A DNA stretch of 64,000 nt from Myxococcota bacterium (lineage in GTDB: Bacteria > Myxococcota_A > Polyangia > Nannocystales > Nannocystaceae), in contig JBCCHT010000029.1 of NCBI GenBank assembly GCA_039028615.1, positions 99,042-163,041 of the forward strand, given 5' to 3'. Position 1 is the first letter of the stretch. Each line of letters begins with the position of its first letter. The position numbers were made by a program, and so were the translations under genes. This document shows positions 19,018 to 27,195 of the stretch, one piece after another. A model generated the notes under the pieces. It worked only from the letters and a program-made list of their open reading frames with translations, searched no databases and had not been told where the DNA came from.

Positions 19018-22000
19018 TCAGCCCTTGTCGAGCTGCTTGGCCAGGTCGCTGAGGTCCAGGCGGAAGCCCAGCACCCGATCGTTGCCGCGGTCCTTGCCGC
19101 CGTCGCCTCGGCCCGGCCCCCGCCCGCGATCGCCCTGACGTCCGCGTCGGTTGCCCTTGGGACCGCGCCCGCGATCGCCCTTGCCCTTGCCCCGGTCCCG
19201 GTCGTCGTTGCCGCGCCGACGCTTGCCGCCGCTCGGACGCCCCTCGGGCTTGGGCAGCAGCGCGCGCAGGCTCATGGAGAAGCGCTTGCGGTCGGCGGTG
19301 ACCTCGATGACGCGCCCCTTGACCCGCTGGCCCACGTGAACCGCCTCGCCGGGGCTGGAGATGAAGCCGTGCACCAGCTCGCTGACGTGCACCAGCGCCT
19401 CTTGCGACAGGCCCACGTCGACGAAGGCGCCGAAGCTCGTCAGGTGCGTGACGATGCCCGGCAGCTCCATGCCGACCTTCAGGTCCTCGAACTTCTCGAC
19501 GGAGAAATCGAACTCCACCGCCTCGAAGGGCGGCCGGGGATCACCCAGGGGCTCGCGCAGCTCCTCGAGCAGGCCCATGAGCGTGGGTTTGCCCATGGGC
19601 TCGCCGGTCATGCCCGGGCTGCCGAGCAGCTTGTCGCCCTCGATCTTGGCGACCAGCTCCCCGTTGCCGATGAGGTCACCCACCGTCACTCCGACTTGCT
19701 GGGCCATGGTGCCGACCTGCTCGTAGCGCTCGGGGTGGATCACCGTCTGGTCGAGCGCATGGTCGCCGTCGACGATCCGCAAAAAGCCCGCGCTCTGCTC
19801 GAAGGTCTTACCCGGCACCCCCGCCACCGCGCCCAGGGCCTGCCGCGTGCGGAATGGACCATGCTCGGTGCGATAGGCCACGACCGCCTGGGCCAGCGAG
19901 TGACTGAAGCCGACCACGCGGGCCAGCTCGTCCACCGAAGCCGTATTGGGATCGACGCCGAGTCGGTTGACGCAGGAGATGAGCACCTGCTCGAGAGCGG
20001 CACGAAGCTCCTCTTGGGCGACTTCGTGCTGGTGCTGGCCGAGGCTCAGCTTGCGCGCATCGAGCTTGCCCAGCTCGGCCAGCGGATCCTGCAGGCGTCG
20101 ACCGCCCGAGACCGCGCGACGCAGCGACGCGTCACCGTCGGCGAACTCCTGCTTGCCCGCGGGGCTGGACGCGAAGATTCCGGCCACGTCGCTGTCCACG
20201 GTGACGACCGGAGCGCTGAGCCCTTCCGTCTCTCGCACGAGCTCGCGACACAGCCGCTCGAGGTCACGACCGCCGTTGCCGTTGGTGACCGCGATCGCCT
20301 CGATTTTGTGCTCGGTCGCCAGCTCGATGAGCCGGGCCTTGGCCTGCGGCGCCTGGAGCTTGGGCTGCAGCGGGAACACGTCCTCGCGGGCGATGACCGA
20401 GCCGGTGGCGTCGAGCACGACCACGCGGCAACCGGGGGCGAACCCGGGGTCGATGGCCATGACCGGACGACGCCCGAAGGCGGGAGCCATCAGCAGCGCG
20501 CGGTAGGCCTCGCAGAACTCGGCGATCGCTCGGCGATCGACCCGCTGCTTGAGGATCTTGCGGGCACCATCGCGGATGGAACGGCCCGAGGGGCCATCCC
20601 ACGCCTCGCGCATGGCGATCTGCAGCTGCTTGCCGCACGGACGCTCCGGGTCGATGCCCAGCAGCTCGATACAGGCGGCGTCGAAGCTCTCGGTGTCGAG
20701 CTCGAGGCGGACCTGCAGCGCGCCCTCTCGCTCGCCGCGGAAGAGGCCGAGCACGTGGCTCGGGTTGGCCTTGGCGATGGGCTCGGGGCGCTCGGCCAGC
20801 TTGGCGTAGCGACCGCCCTTGTCCTTCTTGCCCGGGACCAGCGTGCCCTTGAGCTGCCCGCGCTCGAGCAACAAACTCCGCAGTCGCCGTTGGACGACCG
20901 GCACGCTCAGCGCGTCGTCGCCGACGATCAGCCGGGCGGTGGTGAGGTTCTGCTCGGGCGTGGGTGGAGGCGGCGGCGGTGCGGGAGGCTCGTTCGCCTC
21001 TGGGCTGGCCTGGGCCGCCTCGTCGCCCGACGCTGCGGTCTCGGACGCTCCTTCGTCTCCGCTGGCTTCGATCGGAGCGGCCTCGGCGGGCGCGTCCTGC
21101 TGGGCCTGCGTGGTGTCGGACGCTCCCCCGTCCTCGGCCGGAGTGGCCTCGGCTGCCTCGCTCGGCTGGGCCTGCGTGGCGTCGGACGCTCCCGCGTCTT
21201 CGGCCGGAGCGGCCTCGGTCGAGTCATTCTGTCGTGCCTGCGTGGCGTCGAGCGCTCCCGCGTCCTCGGCCGGAGCGGCCTCGGTCGAGTCACTCTGTCG
21301 TGCCTGCGTCGCGTCGGGAACTCCCGCGTCTTCGGCCGGAGCGGCCTCGGTGGGGGCACTCGGCTGGGCCGGCACGGCGTCGGCCGCCCCGCCCTGCTCG
21401 GACCGAGCCGCGTCGGCGGACTCGCCTTCGGCGAGGGCGGCGTTGTTCTCTTCGCCCGGCTGAGCCTGCTCCGCATCGGCAGCAGCCTCGCCTCGTGGAG
21501 CCTGCAGGGCGGCCGAGGAATCGGCGTCGGCGTTGGCCGAATCGCCCGCGGGCGCAGCCTGGGTCACGGCCTCCGAGCCCTCGTTCGCGGCCGCGGCATT
21601 CTTCTTCTTGCGCTTGCGCTTGCGCTTCGGCTTGGCCGCCGGCGGCTGGCCAGGATGCTCCTTGGCCAGCTCCACGGGATCGGCATCGGGCACCACGGGT
21701 GCGTCTCCGGTGAGCCGCCCTTCGCTGCCGCACGCCCACAAGTGTGAAGCCAAGACGCCCAGCCCTCGAGACCTCGCCTTGCCGACCGCGCCCCCGCGCT
21801 TGCGCTTGCGCCCGCCGACCTTCGCGTCGTCGAGCTCGACCGGATGTGACGCGGTCACGACGAGCTCACCGAGTTCGTCGTTCCACTGCGGCGTGGTCAT
21901 GAGCTCGGCCCGCAGCTGTTGCCGCTTGAACTCGAAGGCCACCGCGGCCAAGGCTCGCGCCTGCACGCGCTCGAGATCTCGGATCGACAGCTTGCCGATG

Positions 22001-22155
22001 TGCTCGAGGCGATAGCGGGCCAGGAACGCGGGCTGGTCTCCAGCCGCGAGCAAGCGCAAGACCTCGGTGACCGTGGACTCGGACAGTCCGAGTTCACGAG
22101 CAATGGGAGGCGCCAGGGTCTCTGGTGCCAGGGCTGCGCTCAGGTCAGCGTCCAT
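19018..22155 (-). CDS. tex: Tex-like transcription accessory protein (YqgF, HhH and S1 domains) with a long low-complexity insertion
   Basis: FLARYR, AIDPGF..GC, RRLQDPLAEL, GVDPNTAS, IHPERY, S1 FGAFVDVG...LVHVSEL; RG-rich C-tail. Confidence 0.85.
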   Translation of the reverse strand: MDADLSAALAPETLAPPIARELGLSESTVTEVLRLLAAGDQPAFLARYRLEHIGKLSIRDLERVQARALAAVAFEFKRQQLRAELMTTPQWNDELGELVVTASHPVELDDAKVGGRKRKRGGAVGKARSRGLGVLASHLWACGSEGRLTGDAPVVPDADPVELAKEHPGQPPAAKPKRKRKRKKKNAAAANEGSEAVTQAAPAGDSANADADSSAALQAPRGEAAADAEQAQPGEENNAALAEGESADAARSEQGGAADAVPAQPSAPTEAAPAEDAGVPDATQARQSDSTEAAPAEDAGALDATQARQNDSTEAAPAEDAGASDATQAQPSEAAEATPAEDGGASDTTQAQQDAPAEAAPIEASGDEGASETAASGDEAAQASPEANEPPAPPPPPPTPEQNLTTARLIVGDDALSVPVVQRRLRSLLLERGQLKGTLVPGKKDKGGRYAKLAERPEPIAKANPSHVLGLFRGEREGALQVRLELDTESFDAACIELLGIDPERPCGKQLQIAMREAWDGPSGRSIRDGARKILKQRVDRRAIAEFCEAYRALLMAPAFGRRPVMAIDPGFAPGCRVVVLDATGSVIAREDVFPLQPKLQAPQAKARLIELATEHKIEAIAVTNGNGGRDLERLCRELVRETEGLSAPVVTVDSDVAGIFASSPAGKQEFADGDASLRRAVSGGRRLQDPLAELGKLDARKLSLGQHQHEVAQEELRAALEQVLISCVNRLGVDPNTASVDELARVVGFSHSLAQAVVAYRTEHGPFRTRQALGAVAGVPGKTFEQSAGFLRIVDGDHALDQTVIHPERYEQVGTMAQQVGVTVGDLIGNGELVAKIEGDKLLGSPGMTGEPMGKPTLMGLLEELREPLGDPRPPFEAVEFDFSVEKFEDLKVGMELPGIVTHLTSFGAFVDVGLSQEALVHVSELVHGFISSPGEAVHVGQRVKGRVIEVTADRKRFSMSLRALLPKPEGRPSGGKRRRGNDDRDRGKGKGDRGRGPKGNRRGRQGDRGRGPGRGDGGKDRGNDRVLGFRLDLSDLAKQLDKG
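21070..21352 (-). repeat. 66-bp coding tandem repeat, about 4 copies (EAAPAEDAGxxDATQARQxDST) inside Tex
   Basis: CGGCCGGAG(C/T)GGCCTCGG recurs at 21135, 21201, 21267 and 21333 (period 66). Confidence 0.85.
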
Positions 22156-22528
22156 GGGCCGAGCAAACTACGGAGCACGCTGCACGCGGTCAAGCTCGAT
22201 GGTGGTGCGGGGGGCCCTGCGAGGGCTTTCACGGCAAAATCGCGCGTTGGAGCACACTTCGGGGGGCTCGTGGTCGCCCCTTCCCTCAGCGGTCCCCGGC
22301 TTCGACGCACGGTCCCCCGCAGGTCGGCCGGACCCGGCGACCCGTCCAGATGGGCAGGGCCGGGGCAGCGCAACCACCGCCCGCCGACCGCCCGAGCAAT
22401 TTTCATGTTCGGTCGCCGTTGTTTTTTCGCCGGACCCGAGGCTCCGACCTTCGACCTCGACCCTGCTTTTTCATCGCCGCAGCACCATCGAGGATCGAAA
22501 CGCCCGCGGGGTGACGTCGGCAGTGGCG

Positions 22529-22588
22529 ACGAAGTTTTTACGAAGTTTTCGCAAAGCTATTGACGCGCCCGCGAAGTCGGCCTACAAC
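22529..22588 (+). promoter_or_regulatory. Sigma70-type promoter of the tRNA with an upstream phased repeat
   Basis: TTGACG (22560-22565) - 17 bp - TACAAC (22583-22588), followed by a GC-rich discriminator; ACGAAGTTTT repeated at 22529 and 22540. Confidence 0.75.
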
Positions 22589-22616
22589 GCCGGCACTTCA
22601 CAGCGAAGACCCCTGG

Positions 22617-22690
22617 TGCGGGGTGGAGCAGTCAGGTAGCTCGCCGGGCTCATAACCCGGAGGTCATAGGTTCAAATCCTGTCCCCGCTA
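22617..22690 (+). tRNA. tRNA-Met(CAT), initiator (fMet) type; CCA not encoded
   Basis: TGCGGGGTGGAGCAGTCAGGTAGCTCGCCGGGCTCATAACCCGGAGGTCATAGGTTCAAATCCTGTCCCCGCTA. Unpaired 1:72 (U/U), three G-C pairs in the anticodon stem, followed by CTA. Confidence 0.96.
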
Positions 22691-22694
22691 CTAC

Positions 22695-22735
22695 GAAACG
22701 CCGACTAGATTCTTCTAGTCGGCGTTTCCTTTTTT
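22695..22735 (+). terminator. Rho-independent terminator after the tRNA
   Basis: 15-bp perfect stem GAAACGCCGACTAGA / TCTAGTCGGCGTTTC, loop TTCT, then CTTTTTT. Confidence 0.92.
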
Positions 22736-22880
22736 GCCCCTACTGCCCTTGGGCGGCCCCTGGCGTGGAATCGAAGGCCGGCGACCGCGAGTCGGAACAC
22801 CGAGCGATCGAGCCCGCGCGACGGCAGCCGAAGGCCGAAGCGATCCCTCGGGGCGAAGGCGCTCTTGCCCCGGTCGGTGC

Positions 22881-23216
22881 TCACTTCGCGGGCGGCAAGA
22901 CCCCGCGTCGTTCCGTCGCGCGAAGCTGACCCGACAGCACCATCCCAGCCGATCGATGGGAGCAGGATGATGAAGCCGGCCCCCCCGAAGATGAACAGGC
23001 TGAGGGCGAGGACCGCCACGAGCGCGACGAAGCCCCCGAGCATCGTCCATCGCAGCTGCGGTCGCTCGGCCTTCCGCGCGTCCCAATCGGGCGGGTCCCC
23101 AGTCGGTGCTCGCAGCGGTCGCACTGCTCTGACCCGAGCCGATGCGGCAGCGCGCAATTTTCGCATTCGATGGTGATGTCCCCTCGGGCCACGGCATCAC
23201 GAGATGCCACACGCAC
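22881..23216 (-). pseudogene. Frameshifted small zinc-ribbon membrane protein
   Basis: CENC...CDRC in one frame, two TM segments (PPDWDA...WTMLGGFVALVAVLALSLFIFGGAGFIILL) in another. Apparent shifts near 23095 and 22945. Confidence 0.55.
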
Positions 23217-23229
23217 CGTGGACTGGGCG

Positions 23230-25365
23230 CTACGGCCGGAACGGGAAGCCGGCCGAGAACCCGGCGACGAAGGTCACGCCCTCGTTGGCGAAATCCGGGA
23301 CGCCGTCGATCTTCTTGCGGGCGCTCCACTGCTGGCGCACGCCGATCACGATCGACGCGTAGTTGGTGATGCGAGCCTCGAGCCCGGCATGGAGTTCGAA
23401 GCCCGGGCGCGCCACCACGTCGACCAAGCGCTCGCTGTTGAACCGGTCGTAGTCCAGTCGGATGACGTCGAGCCCGAAGCCCAGCCCGGCGTAGGGGCGC
23501 AGCGGGAAGCGGTCGAAGAGATAGACGTTGCCACCCAGGAACAGGGGCACGGTCGTGTAGTTGAACGCCTCGGCGTCCCCGGTGAGTTTTCCGGTGTCGC
23601 GGTTGAAGGTCGCCACGCCGCCCTCGTAGCCGGTGCGGAAGTACCCGAGCCAGCGCGGATAGTCGCTGCGGCTGCGGGCCTCGAACAGCTGCCACCGCAC
23701 GTCGAAGCCCCGCTGCTGATGGCACAGGTTGCCGTCGGTGGGCACGAGGCAGGCTCGGGTGTCGTTGGCGGTGAAGCGCGTGGTGGAGGGCGATAGATCC
23801 GAGCGGCGGTTGAACGGCGTGAACGTGGTGCCGAAGTACAGGCCACCCCAGGTGCGCTTGTGCGGCATGCGAATGCGCCGACGAGGCCGGTCGTCGTCAT
23901 CGTCGTCATCGTCGTCGGTGATGATCTCGACCGACTCGCCGTCGACCGACACGACCACTCTGTCCGGCCCGTGCTCCTGCTCGAGCGCATCCTCGGGCGC
24001 CGCGGTCTCGGTGATGCTCGAGCCCTCGGTCGGCCCCTGCCAGCGCGGCTCGGCCACCGCCAACAGCCCGCGCTGCGACGTATAGCCGTTGTAGTAGCCC
24101 GGGCCGAAGGGCGTGGAGAACAAGCCTCGGCGGAATGCTTGATCGAGCGACCCGCGAGCGGCCGAAGCGGCGGGCGTGAACCCCAAGTGATGGGCGAACA
24201 GCACGCCCCGCTGGTCGGACGCCAGCTGGGCCTCTTGTCGCTCTTGGTCGCCTTCCTGCCGGGAGATGAACAGCTCGCCGTCGGGGATCCGCAGGTAGCC
24301 GTATTGCTCGCCCGTGCGATGCAAATCGGCCAGGCGAACGCCGCGGGAATCCTCGATGGTGTAGCGGCTCTGATCGCCGGGGCCGAAGAGCAGGACCCGA
24401 TGGTCGGCGACTCGACCGTGCTCGACGACCGACGCTCGCTGGTCGTCGACGGGCGGGCGGACCACGACCTCGAGCCGCGCCCGCGGATCGTCGACGCCGT
24501 GGTTGGCGGCGGAGACGAAGCCCCCCAGCTCGCTGTACTCGATGCGACCGTCGCCGTTGAGGTCGGCGCCCCCGCGCAGGCCGCTGACCAGCTCGTGGGT
24601 GAAGATGCCGCCGCGATAGCGGTCCCACTCGTGGGTCTGCTGATCGGCCGAGTGCGCCAGGATGACTCCCGTGTTGGGGAACCCGCCCAGGTGGCTCTTG
24701 TCGAGGTACTCCTCGACCGAGCGGCTTAGATCGACGGTGGAGCGATCGGGCTTCCAGTCCTTGCCGCGCGAGAGCACGAACTGCTCGCTGCGGCAGGCGT
24801 CGATGATGATGTGGTTGTGGTCGGCGACGGAGCGCGACAGCAGCTTGCCGAACAGCTTCTTGCGGGTGAGCTTGGCGTCGTCGAGGGTCAAGAAGCCCTG
24901 GCCGTCGGGGCCCACGTCGCCGTGGCCCGAGTAGTAGACGAGCAGCTCGACCTCGTCGCCGCGCTCCTTGGCCCGCTTCATGCGGCCGAGCAGCGCGGTA
25001 TAGCCCGACTCGAGCCCCGCGTCGTCGGGGCGATGCGCCCGCGAGACCAGCCCGGGAAACAGCGCCTGGCTGTCGCGATCGAGCTGCGTCACCAGCTCGG
25101 TATCCACGCCCAGCTCGACCAGTAGCTCGGCGATCCGAGCCGCGTCGTCATCGGCGAAGCGCAGCGGGTCTTGGCTCGGATCGAGGGTGTGGTTGCTCCC
25201 GATCACCAGAGCAAAGCGCCGGGTCGACGCTTCGGCCGCCTCGGGGCTCGGCGACTCGGCCTCGGGTTCCACGGCCCGAGCATCCGCGGAAGTTCCGATC
25301 GAGACGAGCCCGCCCGCGAGCAGGGACAGGGCGAGGGCACAGCGGCGAAGGCGGAAATCGAACAT
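23230..25365 (-). CDS. Secreted caspase-family (peptidase C14-like) protein with C-terminal outer-membrane beta-barrel
   Basis: Signal peptide; RRFALVIGSN, LRFADDDA, YYSGHG (His), IIIDACRS (Cys), GGIFTHELVSGLRGGADLNGDGRI; C-terminal amphipathic strands (LRPYAGLGFG, FELHAGLEARI, FVAGFSAGFPF). Confidence 0.85.
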   Translation of the reverse strand: MFDFRLRRCALALSLLAGGLVSIGTSADARAVEPEAESPSPEAAEASTRRFALVIGSNHTLDPSQDPLRFADDDAARIAELLVELGVDTELVTQLDRDSQALFPGLVSRAHRPDDAGLESGYTALLGRMKRAKERGDEVELLVYYSGHGDVGPDGQGFLTLDDAKLTRKKLFGKLLSRSVADHNHIIIDACRSEQFVLSRGKDWKPDRSTVDLSRSVEEYLDKSHLGGFPNTGVILAHSADQQTHEWDRYRGGIFTHELVSGLRGGADLNGDGRIEYSELGGFVSAANHGVDDPRARLEVVVRPPVDDQRASVVEHGRVADHRVLLFGPGDQSRYTIEDSRGVRLADLHRTGEQYGYLRIPDGELFISRQEGDQERQEAQLASDQRGVLFAHHLGFTPAASAARGSLDQAFRRGLFSTPFGPGYYNGYTSQRGLLAVAEPRWQGPTEGSSITETAAPEDALEQEHGPDRVVVSVDGESVEIITDDDDDDDDDRPRRRIRMPHKRTWGGLYFGTTFTPFNRRSDLSPSTTRFTANDTRACLVPTDGNLCHQQRGFDVRWQLFEARSRSDYPRWLGYFRTGYEGGVATFNRDTGKLTGDAEAFNYTTVPLFLGGNVYLFDRFPLRPYAGLGFGLDVIRLDYDRFNSERLVDVVARPGFELHAGLEARITNYASIVIGVRQQWSARKKIDGVPDFANEGVTFVAGFSAGFPFRP

Positions 25366-25386
25366 GGTGACTCCGGGACCGAACGA

Positions 25387-26280
25387 CTAGCGAGGGGCGA
25401 GGGGCAAGGCCAGCTCGGCGGCGTGGCAATCGGATGGCGAGGGGCAGACGCGGGCGAGACTGCTTTGGTTCACCCGTTGGACCCACGGACGGTCCCCGGG
25501 ATTCGCGGCGGACTGTGACGCGAGTTCCATCGTCCACTCGCGCACCTGCTCGACGGTGGGGACCGAGGGCGAGACGAGGGCGTAGACCCGCAGCGGTCCG
25601 GCCGAGTGATTGACGGACAGGCGCACCGACATGGGCGCCGCGTGCCAGCGTCCCGGCACGATGTCGACCGCCGCCGCGTCGACCGGCGTGGGCGCATAGA
25701 ACATGGGGTCGCCCTCGGCGTCGACTCCGAAGAGCGTCAGGTGACCGTCGACCTCCGGCTCGACCCGGTAGGCAAAGCCCAAGACGTCGGCCAAGCCGCA
25801 CTCGCGCACGCGCAGCGATCGTTCCGAGCCCAGCTCGGTCGCGCACAGGACCTCGATGCCCAGCGACCCGGTGGAGGCCTGGCCCCGCGCTTGCCAGCCG
25901 TCGTTGCGGCCCTCCCACCAGGGCTGCAGCGAGTCCCCGTCACGGATGGGGCTCACCCACAGCAGCACCAACGCGGCCATCAAGGCTCCGGCCAGGGCGG
26001 CCCAGGGGCGACGGCTGCGCTCGGCGACCGTCTCCGCCTCGGGGGCGGTCCCCCACTCGTCGGCCAGCCAGCGCCCCACGATGTCGACCTCGGAGGGGGC
26101 AAAGGCGCTGTCGCCCTCGAAGATCCGCAGCGCCGCCACGGCTCGGTCGTAGCGCGCCCGGGCGGCCTCGTCCTCGCGGAGCCGGGCGTGCAGACGGGCG
26201 CGCTTGCGCGGCGACAGCCCGTCGGTGAGCTCGCGCTCGATCAACCGATCGAGGGCTGCGTCGCTGAGGCCCCGGGTCAT
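25387..26280 (-). CDS. Putative single-pass anti-sigma factor
   Basis: ATGA overlap with the sigma gene; N-terminal helical ZAS-like region lacking Cys; TM WAALAGALMAALVLLWV; WQARG; extracytoplasmic beta domain. Confidence 0.7.
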   Translation of the reverse strand: MTRGLSDAALDRLIERELTDGLSPRKRARLHARLREDEAARARYDRAVAALRIFEGDSAFAPSEVDIVGRWLADEWGTAPEAETVAERSRRPWAALAGALMAALVLLWVSPIRDGDSLQPWWEGRNDGWQARGQASTGSLGIEVLCATELGSERSLRVRECGLADVLGFAYRVEPEVDGHLTLFGVDAEGDPMFYAPTPVDAAAVDIVPGRWHAAPMSVRLSVNHSAGPLRVYALVSPSVPTVEQVREWTMELASQSAANPGDRPWVQRVNQSSLARVCPSPSDCHAAELALPLAPR

Positions 26281-27008
26281 CGCAGCACCCCTCCCAAAAG
26301 CTCGGCCAACGAGGCGCCCATCAGCGGCAGGACCAGGCTCGCGGGGACCAGCCCCTCTTCGCCTTGCTTGCGCAAGAAACGGAGCATCTGCTGGCGGAGC
26401 TTGGTCTCGCGACCCCGCACGCGTTGCCGACCCAGCCCCAGGGCGTCGGCCGCATCGCGCTGCGACTTGCCTTCGACGAAGCGCAGCTCGAGCAACCGGC
26501 GATCGTCTTTGGGTAGCGTGTCCAAAAAGCGCTGCACCACGCCGCGAATCTGCGCTCGGCCGACCTCTTGCTCGGGTGTCTCACGCGTCTCGTCGACGAT
26601 CTCGATGGAGGAATCGGCGGCCTCGCCGTCCTCGCGAACCTCGGGGAACTGGACCTCCCGGGCCCGAAACCCGCGGAGCACCACGTTGCGAGCGATGGCC
26701 CGCAGGTAGGGACCGTAGGGGCGCAGACCGTCGTAACGCTCGCGCGCGCGCGGCTCGAAGGCGCGGCGGAAGGTCTCGTGCAGGGCGTCGTGAAGCTCGA
26801 AGGCGGAGCGGTAGCCGACGAAGCGGTGATGACGACCCGCCGACTGGAAGCTGAAGCCGTAGCGGAGCTGGGCGGTCACATCGTCGGCGTGGCGGCGATA
26901 GACCTCGCCCATCGCCGAGGTGCGCCCTTCGCGGAAGTCGCGTAGAAGGCCCCAGGACCACCCATTGGGCGCGATCTCGGACGGAGCGGGCGAAGACGAC
27001 ACGGGCAC
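26277..27008 (-). CDS. ECF sigma factor
   Basis: Region 2 HDALHETFRRAF...PYLRAIARNVVL; region 4 DDRRLLELRFVEGKSQRDAADALGLGR. Confidence 0.88.
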   Translation of the reverse strand: MPVSSSPAPSEIAPNGWSWGLLRDFREGRTSAMGEVYRRHADDVTAQLRYGFSFQSAGRHHRFVGYRSAFELHDALHETFRRAFEPRARERYDGLRPYGPYLRAIARNVVLRGFRAREVQFPEVREDGEAADSSIEIVDETRETPEQEVGRAQIRGVVQRFLDTLPKDDRRLLELRFVEGKSQRDAADALGLGRQRVRGRETKLRQQMLRFLRKQGEEGLVPASLVLPLMGASLAELLGGVLR

Positions 27009-27195
27009 GACTCTCCCTTCTATTCAGCCGGACCGCACTTGGGTTGGGAATCTTTGCGGTCGGCCCGGAGCATTGACCCAGATCTATGGAATCACGGCGT
27101 TTTTGACAAACCCTGGGGCCAACGATTCCGGGCCACGGTAGCGGCTCGGGCGCCCGCTACCGCGCGGCCCCATCCTGCTACGCTCCGTCGGAAGC

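Noticed and set aside
21070..21352. 66-bp periodicity as a possible CRISPR array
   Set aside because: The whole unit is repeated (no unique spacers), it is in frame within Tex, and there are no cas genes.
22617..27008. tRNA as integration site of a genomic island
   Set aside because: No integrase, and I found no duplicated tRNA 3' end in the window; the native terminator directly follows the tRNA.
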